This document shows positions 56,094 through 64,000 of a stretch of 64,000 nucleotides of DNA, in pieces. The notes below the pieces were generated by a model. That model did not search any database. It was not told the DNA's origin and worked only from the letters and a program-made list of their open reading frames with translations. The stretch's first letter is position 1. Every line of letters begins with the position of its first letter. Origin of the DNA: an uncultured bacterium (GTDB lineage: Bacteria > Planctomycetota > UBA1135 > GCA-002686595); assembly GCA_943787795.1 (NCBI GenBank), contig CALSNU010000001.1, positions 736,001 to 800,000 of the forward strand, in the 5' to 3' direction. The position numbers and the translations under genes were made by a program.

Positions 56094-57137
56094 ATGAACA
56101 CAGATCCCACCGATCCCCAGGCCCCTCGCGCCGGAGCGCCCGCCAGCCCCAGAGGCGGCGAGGAGAGCGCCTGGGCCTCGTTTGAGGCCGATCTGAATCG
56201 CGTCGCCGCCTCCGGCCTCTCCGCGCCGGCGGTCCCGGCGACGGTCCTGCTCACCGGAGAGAGCGGCTCGGGCAAGAGTCGGGCCGCCCGCCGATTGCAT
56301 GATCGCTCCCCCCGTGCCGAGGGCCCGTTCATCGCGGTACAGCTCGCGGCCCTCTCCTCGACGCTGATCGAGGCCGAGCTCTTCGGGCACGAAGCGGGTG
56401 CGTTCACGGGTGCCTCGGGGGCGCGGCTGGGCCGTTTCGAGCTCGCCACCGGCGGCACGCTGGTCCTCGAGGGTGTGGAGACCCTCGCCCTCGACCTTCA
56501 GGTCAAGCTCCTGCGGGTCCTCCAGGAGCGGGTTGTCGAGCCGCTTGGGTCCGAGTCGGGGCGGCAAGTGGACGTCCGCGTCATCGCCACCTCGGCTCGG
56601 GACCTGCGGGATGCCGTGGAGGAAGGGGCCTTCAGGGAGGACCTCTACTTCCGGCTGGCGGTCGTCCCGCTCTCCGTGCCACCTCTGAGGGCCCGAGCGT
56701 GGGAGGACAGCTTTGAGGAGCTCTGCGGAGACCTCGCGGGCGACGTCGCGGCGCGTCTCGGCGTCCCCACCAGGCGGCTCTCCAAGGGGGGGGTGGACGC
56801 CCTGAGAGCTCACCCGTGGCCCGGGAACTTCAGGGAGCTGGAGAACGCCCTCGAGCGCGCCCTTGTGCTGGGCGGCGCGGCGCTGCCGCCGCAGGCTCCG
56901 TTGGACGGGGTGCACTTTGACTTCCTCCATGAGACCATCCGGGGCCGGGCGAGCGAGCTTGCCCGGCAAGCGCTGGCGTCAGGCGTCGGTCTGGACGAGC
57001 TCGACGCCGCGGTGCTCGCCGAGGCGCTTGAGGAGTCGAGGGGCAACGTGGCTGCGGCAGCGCGCCGCGTCGGGCTCTCCCGTCGAGCCTTCGCCTATCG
57101 CCAGAAGCGAGCTGCGGAGCCCGAGGGACAGGGCTGA
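56094..57137 (+). CDS. Sigma-54-dependent activator (AAA+ and Fis-type HTH, no sensory domain)
   Basis: [64 protein letters not shown]. Confidence 0.9.
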   Translation: MNTDPTDPQAPRAGAPASPRGGEESAWASFEADLNRVAASGLSAPAVPATVLLTGESGSGKSRAARRLHDRSPRAEGPFIAVQLAALSSTLIEAELFGHEAGAFTGASGARLGRFELATGGTLVLEGVETLALDLQVKLLRVLQERVVEPLGSESGRQVDVRVIATSARDLRDAVEEGAFREDLYFRLAVVPLSVPPLRARAWEDSFEELCGDLAGDVAARLGVPTRRLSKGGVDALRAHPWPGNFRELENALERALVLGGAALPPQAPLDGVHFDFLHETIRGRASELARQALASGVGLDELDAAVLAEALEESRGNVAAAARRVGLSRRAFAYRQKRAAEPEGQG

Positions 57138-57196
57138 GCCGCGTCAGCGCGCGTGCGGGCTCGATGAATGCGGCGCCCTGTTAGAGTCCTCGATAG

Positions 57197-59689
57197 ATGT
57201 CCTCGTTGATCCTCTATGCCCTGGCAGCCCTGACGCTGCCTCCCTCCGGCTCGGTCCTCGTTCCACCCGCAGCGCGGGGAGCAGGCATGGAAGTGGAGGC
57301 TGGGGCCGGGACCCAAGAGGGAGCGGCCGCGCCCTCGGAGGAGCCGCTCGCTGCTGGGCCACTCTTGGTTCAACTCCTGGAAGGCGACCGGCCTGGACGA
57401 GTCCAGATGGCCGAGCGGCTCGCGGACATCCTCCCGACCAGCCAGGTGCTTGAGGCGCTGCCGCTGCTCGCCGACCGGGACCCGGAGATTCGCGTCATCG
57501 CCGCAGGGCTCCTCGCGAGGCCTGACCTTGCAGGGGCGGCGAGGCGTGAGCGCGTGGGCGCCCTGGCTCGGGCCGCCGCGCTGGATGCGGACCGGCGGGT
57601 GGTCATGGCGGCGATCGAGTCGCTCGGCCGGATCGGTGGCCCCCGCGCGACCGCCGAGCTCGCTGCGCTGACCGGGGACGATATGAACGCGGTCGCCGTG
57701 GCCGCGGCGCGAGCGCTCGCGGGAGCCCCCGGGGGGCTCTCGCCACTCTGTGCCCTCGTCCGCCGTTCCACGGCGTCGGAGGGTCGGCCTCGCTCGGCGG
57801 TGCTCGTGGAGCTCCTGCCCCGCTACGGCCAGTGGCTCGCCGACGAGCCGGCGGCCACCGCGGGAGATCACGCGCCCCTCGTCTTTGGACTTCGGCACCC
57901 ATCCTTCGACGTCCGGGCCGCGGCCCGGGTGGCCTTCGACCGACTGATCTCTCGGCTCATCGACTCGGCGGTCCCGGGCCGGGCCTCCTCGCTGCTCGGG
58001 AAGCTCGGCGGCGTGGGGATTGAACGAGATGTGGCGCTCTATCAGCGCGCTCGGATCTGCCTGGCGGCTGAAGGCGACGCGGCTGGTGCCCTGGTGGCGG
58101 CACGAGAGCTGGTTCGGTCCAGGGGGCTGATGCTCCGTCCCAGCGCGCGAACGGACGCCTTCGAGTCGCAGCTCTGGCTGTTTCGAGGCCTCTACCTGCA
58201 GGGGATCGCCGAGATCGCGCTCGGTGATCACGCCGCCGCTTCGGACTCTCTTTCGAGCGCGGCCAGCGCCCTCGACGTCGCCCTCTCCGAGCGGCGGGAC
58301 CTGCTCTCACGCCCTGAACGCGCGCGGCACGTGGACCTGTTGCACCAGCGGGCGGTCACCGAGGTGGCGCGGACCCTGGCGCTCGTGGTCCGCGGCGACT
58401 CGGGGATCGGCGCCCTCGAGCGAGGTCGCTCCGCGCACCTGATTCACCTGGAGGCCCAGGCCGTCTATGCGGAGATCGAGGGCAACGTCACCACCGGCTG
58501 GGACGGCCTCTTGACCGCGGACCTCTCGCCGTACCGGCTGCTCTTCGGCCGCAAGGGGTTCGCGGGGTCGTCGAGCGAGGGTGCGGCGCTCCGCCCGCTG
58601 GACCGCGCGACGATCGTCCGGCTGGAGGGCGCCCTCGGCCGCATCCTCGCGACCGTGTCCCCCGGGGAGCTTCCCGGCTTCGAGCCGCTGGAAGGGTCCG
58701 CAGGGTCTGCGCTCCTCAAGCCGTTGACCGACCCGCTTGAGGATCCTCAGCGGCGTGAGCTCCTGGAGCGAATCAACGCCGCCAGGCTGACCGGGCTGGA
58801 GTCCGCCATCGAGGAGGCCGACGCGGCTTATCTGCGCGCGCAGCGGCGTGCTCCGGGGATGCTCCCCGAGCGCGAGTACGAGGCCCTCCAAAGGCTACAG
58901 GGGATGCGCATGCGCGCCGCCCAGGCCGCCGAGCAGGCCACGCGCGCCGGGGACCGCCGCTGGGTGCGCGACCTCCGCATCCCGGGCAGCGCCGCCCTCT
59001 GGTTCGCACAGGACCTGACGGAGGAGGGGCGCGGGGCCGAGGCGCGCCAGGTGGCGAGGCGCCTGGAGCTGGACATCGAGTCGCGTGGGATCTCCAACTG
59101 GTGGTTCTACGTGGGGCACGAGCGCATCGCGCGGGCGCAGCTGCTCCAGGGCAGCGCGTACACGGACGAGGGGCTCGGAGAGGAGGCGGAGGAGGTCCTC
59201 CTGCGTGCGGTGGAGCGCATCGAGGACATCGAGAAGCAGCTCAAGGAGAACGGCGCCTCCAAGGCGGCGGTGGCGCAGTTCCGAAACATGCGGGCCTCCG
59301 CGCTGGTGAGCCTGGCGGTCAACGCCAACGTCAAGCTGAGGGCGCCGGACCGAGCCCGCAGCTACTACGAGCGGGCCTATGCCCTGCGCAAGGACGAGTT
59401 CATGCGGACGCTCCTCGCCTGCTACCGGGCCCGTAGCGGCGCGGAGCCCGAGGCGCGGGCGCTCCTGCGCACGATCCAGCCCGGGCCAGGCACCTGGTAC
59501 AACCTCGCCTGCACCCACGCACTCCTCGGGGACGTGGACGAGGCCCTGGAGTACCTGCGGTCGGAGCTCGAGCAGAACCACTCGTCGTCCGAGTCACGGG
59601 CCCGCCAGCAGGAATGGGCCGCCGAGGATCCGGATCTGGCCTCGCTCAGGGACGACCCGCGATTCAGGCGCCTCGTCCGGGTCGACTGA
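57197..59689 (+). CDS. Exported HEAT- and TPR-repeat protein
   Basis: Signal peptide; DRDPEIRVIAA HEAT; C-terminal WYNLACTHALLGDVDEALEYL...DPDLASLRDDPRF. Confidence 0.75.
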   Translation: MSSLILYALAALTLPPSGSVLVPPAARGAGMEVEAGAGTQEGAAAPSEEPLAAGPLLVQLLEGDRPGRVQMAERLADILPTSQVLEALPLLADRDPEIRVIAAGLLARPDLAGAARRERVGALARAAALDADRRVVMAAIESLGRIGGPRATAELAALTGDDMNAVAVAAARALAGAPGGLSPLCALVRRSTASEGRPRSAVLVELLPRYGQWLADEPAATAGDHAPLVFGLRHPSFDVRAAARVAFDRLISRLIDSAVPGRASSLLGKLGGVGIERDVALYQRARICLAAEGDAAGALVAARELVRSRGLMLRPSARTDAFESQLWLFRGLYLQGIAEIALGDHAAASDSLSSAASALDVALSERRDLLSRPERARHVDLLHQRAVTEVARTLALVVRGDSGIGALERGRSAHLIHLEAQAVYAEIEGNVTTGWDGLLTADLSPYRLLFGRKGFAGSSSEGAALRPLDRATIVRLEGALGRILATVSPGELPGFEPLEGSAGSALLKPLTDPLEDPQRRELLERINAARLTGLESAIEEADAAYLRAQRRAPGMLPEREYEALQRLQGMRMRAAQAAEQATRAGDRRWVRDLRIPGSAALWFAQDLTEEGRGAEARQVARRLELDIESRGISNWWFYVGHERIARAQLLQGSAYTDEGLGEEAEEVLLRAVERIEDIEKQLKENGASKAAVAQFRNMRASALVSLAVNANVKLRAPDRARSYYERAYALRKDEFMRTLLACYRARSGAEPEARALLRTIQPGPGTWYNLACTHALLGDVDEALEYLRSELEQNHSSSESRARQQEWAAEDPDLASLRDDPRFRRLVRVD

Positions 59690-59789
59690 CGATATCCTCC
59701 CGGGCCCGATCGCTCTCGCGGCGGCTCCCGGTGGGCATGAGGCCCACTCGCGGACGCCGATCGCCTCGCCACGATCGCGGAGCGACTCC

Positions 59790-60968
59790 ATGGGAAAGGT
59801 GACTTTGACGGGTAAAGGGCGCCGGTGGTACCTGCGCGGGCACCCGTGGATCTACAAGGACGACGTGGCCTCAGCCGAGGCCACGCCGGGCGAGCTCGTG
59901 CCGGTCGAGGACCCGAACGGCGCGCCGCTGGGCTGGGGGCTCTTCAGCTCCGAGTCTCGGATCCGGGTCAGGATGGTCACCCGCGAGGCCGAGCAGCCGA
60001 ATCGGGCCTTCTGGGCCGAGCGGCTCCAGCGCGCCGTCCGCCATCGCGAGCGCCTGGGTCTGATGGATCCCGCCGGCGCGTGCCGGCTCGTGGGCGGCGA
60101 CTCGGATGGCTTCCCCGGGTGGATCGTGGACCGCTACGCCAAGACGCTGGTGATCCAGTCCGGCACGCAGGGGTCCGATCGGATGCGCGACTTCCTCATC
60201 GCGTTGCTGCGCGAGGCGATGCCCTTCGAGCCGGAGACGATCATCGATCGTTCCGACACGAGCGTCCGAAAGCTGGAGGGCCTCGAGAAGATCGTCGAGG
60301 TCGTGGACGGGACCATCGATGGGCCGGTCCTCGTCCAAGACCACGGCCTGCAGTACGAGGTCGACGTGTTCCAGGGCCACAAGACGGGGCACTACCTTGA
60401 CCAGTCGAGCAACCGCCTCAAGGCGGCCCAGCTCGCGAGCGGCGGTCGCGTCCTGGACGCCTTCGCCTACGACGGCCTCTTCGGGCTGCACGCGGCGCTG
60501 GCCGGGGCCGAGGAGGTCACGTGCCTCGAGCAGAACCGGGGCGCTTGCGAGCGCATCCTGGCCAACGCCGAGCGCAACGGCCTCCAGGACAAGATCAAGG
60601 TCGAGCGCGTCGACTGCATGAAGGACATGCGCGCGCGCGCCGAGCGGGGCGACCGCCACGACGTCGTCATCGTGGATCCGCCCGCTTTTGCGCGCAGCAA
60701 GAAGGAGATCGCCGGGGCCGAGCGGGGCTACGTCGAGCTGAACCGACGGGCCTTCGACCTCACGCCTGACGGTGGCGCGGTGGTGAGCGCATCGTGCTCC
60801 TACAACGTCAGCCCCAGGGACTTCGTGGAGTACATCGGCAAGGCCGCGAGCATCGCCGGTCGCCACGTCTGGATGGAGGAGCTCACCAGCGCCTCCAGTG
60901 ACCACCCGCACCTGGTGACCCTCCCCGAGACGGACTACCTGAAGTGCGCCTTCCTGCGCGTGCACTGA
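59790..60968 (+). CDS. rlmI: RlmI-family rRNA methyltransferase (PUA + SAM domain)
   Basis: GHPWIY, DSDGFPGWIVDRY, GHKTGHYLDQ, VDPPAFA, SASCS, PETDYLK. Confidence 0.88.
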   Translation: MGKVTLTGKGRRWYLRGHPWIYKDDVASAEATPGELVPVEDPNGAPLGWGLFSSESRIRVRMVTREAEQPNRAFWAERLQRAVRHRERLGLMDPAGACRLVGGDSDGFPGWIVDRYAKTLVIQSGTQGSDRMRDFLIALLREAMPFEPETIIDRSDTSVRKLEGLEKIVEVVDGTIDGPVLVQDHGLQYEVDVFQGHKTGHYLDQSSNRLKAAQLASGGRVLDAFAYDGLFGLHAALAGAEEVTCLEQNRGACERILANAERNGLQDKIKVERVDCMKDMRARAERGDRHDVVIVDPPAFARSKKEIAGAERGYVELNRRAFDLTPDGGAVVSASCSYNVSPRDFVEYIGKAASIAGRHVWMEELTSASSDHPHLVTLPETDYLKCAFLRVH

Positions 60969-60978
60969 GCGAAGGGAC

Positions 60979-61197
60979 ATGGACGCCACCACGACCCGAT
61001 CGATCCGCGTGAACGGAGAGTCCCTGGAGGTCGCCGCCGGCTGGACGGTGGCGGACCTCGTGGCGTCCCGCGGACTGCGGCCGGAGCAGGTCGCCGTCGA
61101 GGTCAACCGGGAGCTTGCGCCACGCGCCACGCACCCCGCGCGGATGCTCGAGGCGGGGGACCAGGTGGAGATCGTGACCCTCGTCGGCGGCGGTTAG
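60979..61197 (+). CDS. thiS: Sulfur carrier protein ThiS
   Basis: IRVNGE, VAVEVN, GDQVEIVTLVGGG. Confidence 0.95.
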   Translation: MDATTTRSIRVNGESLEVAAGWTVADLVASRGLRPEQVAVEVNRELAPRATHPARMLEAGDQVEIVTLVGGG

Positions 61198-61224
61198 CCG
61201 GACCGACTTACAATGGAACCGACC

Positions 61225-62046
61225 ATGAGCCAGACTGATCAATCGCACGTCGCGGACAGCCCCCTCCGGATCGGAGCGGACGTCTCCATGGCCTCTCGCT
61301 TGCTGGTGGGGACCGGCAAGTACGCGAGCTTCGCGGAGACCGCGAGGGCCCTGGAGATCAGCGGCACGGAGATGGTCACGGTCGCCGTTCGTCGCGTGAA
61401 CCTCGACCCCTCCAAGGGCGAGTCGCTGCTCGACCACGTGGACCGCGACCGCTACCACCTGCTCCCGAACACCGCGGGCTGCTACGACGTGGACTCAGCG
61501 CTGCGGACGGCCCGTCTCGCGCGCGAGCTGCTGGACACGCCTCTCGTGAAGCTGGAGGTGCTCGGTGACCCGAAGACCCTGCTCCCCGATCCGATCGGGA
61601 CCCTCGAGGCCACCAAGGTCTTGGTGGAGGAGGGCTTCACGGTGATGGTGTACTGCTCGGACGATCCTCGGATGGGCGTGCGCCTCGCCGAGCTCGGGGC
61701 GGCGGCGGTCATGCCTGCGGGCTCTCCGATCGGGTCGGGGCAAGGGGTGCTCAACCCCAACGCGATCAGGATCCTCATGGAGCTGATCGATGTCCCGGTG
61801 ATTGTGGACGCCGGTGTGGGCACGGCGTCGGACGTGGCGCAGTGCATGGAGCTCGGCGCGGAAGGCGTCCTGCTCAACACTGCGATCGCTGGCGCACGGG
61901 AGCCCCTGCGTATGGCCGCGGCCATGCGGGATGCCTGCGCCGCGGGCCGTCAAGCCCACCTGGCCGGGCGGATTCCCCGGCGGCTCTATGCGAACGCCTC
62001 CTCTCCGGAGGAAGGGCTGATCGAGGAGGCGGGGCCGCGCTCCTAG
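61225..62046 (+). CDS. thiG: Thiazole synthase (alternative start 61213)
   Basis: [42 protein letters not shown]. Confidence 0.96.
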   Translation: MSQTDQSHVADSPLRIGADVSMASRLLVGTGKYASFAETARALEISGTEMVTVAVRRVNLDPSKGESLLDHVDRDRYHLLPNTAGCYDVDSALRTARLARELLDTPLVKLEVLGDPKTLLPDPIGTLEATKVLVEEGFTVMVYCSDDPRMGVRLAELGAAAVMPAGSPIGSGQGVLNPNAIRILMELIDVPVIVDAGVGTASDVAQCMELGAEGVLLNTAIAGAREPLRMAAAMRDACAAGRQAHLAGRIPRRLYANASSPEEGLIEEAGPRS

Positions 62047-62048
62047 GG

Positions 62049-62933
62049 ATGGGGCACCCGCTCCCTCTGGCGATCGCGTCACTCGCGCAGGCATCCGAGG
62101 AGGCCGTCGAGATGACGGCGACCCAGGGCTTCGTCGTGGCAGCGCTGCTGCTGGGGGTCGGGGTCTCCCTGGTCCCGCTCATGCGCAGAGCGAGCGCGTG
62201 GTTGCTGGGCGCGACGCCGGAGCGCGCGGCGGGGTTCCGTCCGACGGACCTCCTGATCGTTGCCCTGGCCTTCATCCTCAGCCAGGTCCTGGTCGTCGAG
62301 ACCTACCGCCTTTGGGTCGGGGTGAAGGAGCTGGACATCGAGTCCCTCGGGGTGATTCCAGCCCTTGGCCTGAGCGTGGCGTCCCAGGGGCTCGCGGCGG
62401 GGGTGGTCCTCGTGCTCGCCCTTCGGCGGGAGGGCGGCGCGGCCACCCTCGGGCTATGCGCCCTGACGCCCGGGGCGCGGGGGGCCTTTGCCGGCGTCTG
62501 CTATCTGCTGTCGATCCCGACGCTCATGGGCCTCGGTGCTCTGACCGCGGCGATCTCTGCCGCCCAGGGGGAGGGGCCCCCGGTCCAGGGCGTCGCTGTC
62601 CTCGTGGGGGAGGGGCTGGCCGAGAATCCGCTGCTGATCGGCGCCATGGTCGCCCTCGTGATCCCGCTCCTCGAGGAGATCCTGTTCCGAGGCTTCCTCC
62701 TGGAGATGCTCGTCTCCAGGGCCGGCGCGGCGGTCGGGGTCGTGGCGTCATCTGCGCTCTTCGCGCTCTTGCACGGCACCTCGGTCTTCCTCCCTATCTT
62801 TGGGCTGGCGCTCGTTCTCGCCTGCGTGAAGCTCCGGACACGAAGCCTGGGCGCCGCCTGGGCGATCCACGCGCTCCACAACGGCGCGACGACGTTCTTC
62901 ATCGTCTCGGGAGGACTCCCGGCTGTAATCCCC
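62049..62933 (+). CDS. CPBP (CAAX/Abi) intramembrane metalloprotease; as written it reads in frame into the next gene
   Basis: Multiple TM helices, EEILFRG, FALLH, HALHN. Confidence 0.85.
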
Positions 62934-63440
62934 ATGGCTGAGTACCCAAGGCAAGGCCTGTTTCGAAGGCTGGAGGGCGGCGGTGCCGCCGCGACCAACG
63001 CGACCCTCACGGGCTTGATTGAGCTGGGTGAGGACGTCAGCGTATGGTTCGGCTGCGTGCTGCGAGGCGACGACGCGCCGATCCGGGTCGGCGCCCGGAC
63101 GAACATCCAGGACCTGACCATGATCCACGCCGACGTGGACGTCCCCAACGTGATCGGTGCGGACGTGACGATCGGCCACCGCTGCGTGCTGCATGGCGCG
63201 CAGGTGGGAGATCGGTGCCTCATCGGCATGGGCGCGATCCTCCTCGGCGGCTCCGTCATTGGCGAGGAGTCCATCATCGGCGCGGGCGCCGTGGTGAAGG
63301 AGGGCATGGTCATCCCGCCCCGCTCCCTGGTGGTCGGCGTCCCCGCCAAGGTCGTGCGGGAGATCGACGAGCAGGCGGTGGCAGCCATCCGCCGCAGCGC
63401 GCAGGGGTACGTGGAGAAGTTCAGCCAATACCTGGGCTGA
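62934..63440 (+). CDS. Gamma carbonic anhydrase family protein
   Basis: SVWFGCVLRGD, TNIQD..IH, TIGHRCVLHG hexapeptide repeats. Confidence 0.92.
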   Translation: MAEYPRQGLFRRLEGGGAAATNATLTGLIELGEDVSVWFGCVLRGDDAPIRVGARTNIQDLTMIHADVDVPNVIGADVTIGHRCVLHGAQVGDRCLIGMGAILLGGSVIGEESIIGAGAVVKEGMVIPPRSLVVGVPAKVVREIDEQAVAAIRRSAQGYVEKFSQYLG

Positions 63441-63449
63441 GGCGGCGCG

Positions 63450-64000
63450 ATGGGGGAGCAAGACATCACCGTATCGGAGCCTTACGAGCGCAAGCTGGAG
63501 GCTCTGGACCGCACGCTCGCGGGCTTCGGTCGCGTGGCCGTCGCGTTCTCCGGCGGCGTGGACTCCACGGTGCTCCTGCACGCGGCGCGCCGTGTCCTGG
63601 GCCGTGAGTGTGGCGTCGCGGTCATCGCCGACTCGCCGTCGCTTCCGCGGGCAGAGCTCGTGGACGCGCGCCAGATCGCGGCGGCGCTGGACGTCTTGCT
63701 GGAGGAGGTCCGCACGGGGGAGGGGGACGACCCGCGCTACCGCGAGAACGCGGGGAACCGGTGCTACTTCTGCAAGGCGGCGCTGTTCGACGCCATGGGA
63801 GAGTTCGCCGCCCGCGAGGGGTTCGAGGTGCTCGCCTTCGGTGAGATCGTAGACGACTGGGGTGACCACCGGCCCGGCGCGATGGCAGCCCGTGAGTACG
63901 GGGTGGTGGCCCCGTTGAGCGGCGCGGGATTCAGCAAGGAGGACGTCCGCCGCTACGCCGCGGAGCACGGGCTAGAGGTCGCGGACAAGCCGGCCTCGGC
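63450..64000 (+). CDS. larE: LarE-family ATP-dependent sulfur transferase (partial, runs off the window)
   Basis: Manual translation: VAFSGGVDS, NRCYFCK, DHRPG, VVAPL, DKPAS; absent from the ORF track because there is no stop. Confidence 0.88.
   Translation, partial: MGEQDITVSEPYERKLEALDRTLAGFGRVAVAFSGGVDSTVLLHAARRVLGRECGVAVIADSPSLPRAELVDARQIAAALDVLLEEVRTGEGDDPRYRENAGNRCYFCKAALFDAMGEFAAREGFEVLAFGEIVDDWGDHRPGAMAAREYGVVAPLSGAGFSKEDVRRYAAEHGLEVADKPAS

Noticed and set aside
1..64000. Mobile elements, prophage, tRNA or rRNA genes
   Set aside because: No transposase, integrase or phage ORFs, no cloverleaf or rRNA signatures, and no obvious compositional island found by eye

Overview
A GC-rich, gene-dense chromosomal segment of mostly housekeeping genes. 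A Planctomycetota origin is inferred from the gene content (two Cys-type sulfatases, DUF6288/PDZ and HEAT/TPR exported proteins, a Ser/Thr kinase-ATPase, alpha2-type GlyRS, futalosine pathway). About 52 CDS are supported, including mqnC-mqnE, glyQS, ggt, lgt, fabZ-like, purE-purK, cysS, nusA-infB-rbfA, thiS-thiG and larE (partial). I found no rRNA, tRNA, CRISPR array or mobile element. At least six genes are broken by apparent single-base insertions, mostly in G/C homopolymers, which are probably assembly errors. Main findings: (1) a THUMP-less Pus10-family tRNA pseudouridine synthase, a family normally archaeal/eukaryotic, in a locus whose nusA-infB-rbfA operon lacks truB; (2) an exported TlpA-like selenoprotein candidate with an in-frame UGA in a U-G-P-C motif; (3) a VLRF1 (Vms1/ANKZF1-like) protein; (4) a Tpt1/KptA homologue with an altered HGT motif and a long disordered tail; (5) a DAACS transporter with a PDZ-like insertion; (6) a sigma-54 activator with a degenerate Walker B; (7) many candidate leaderless promoters and several intergenic hairpins and tandem repeats. 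All family assignments come from recognising motifs by eye, not from database searches.
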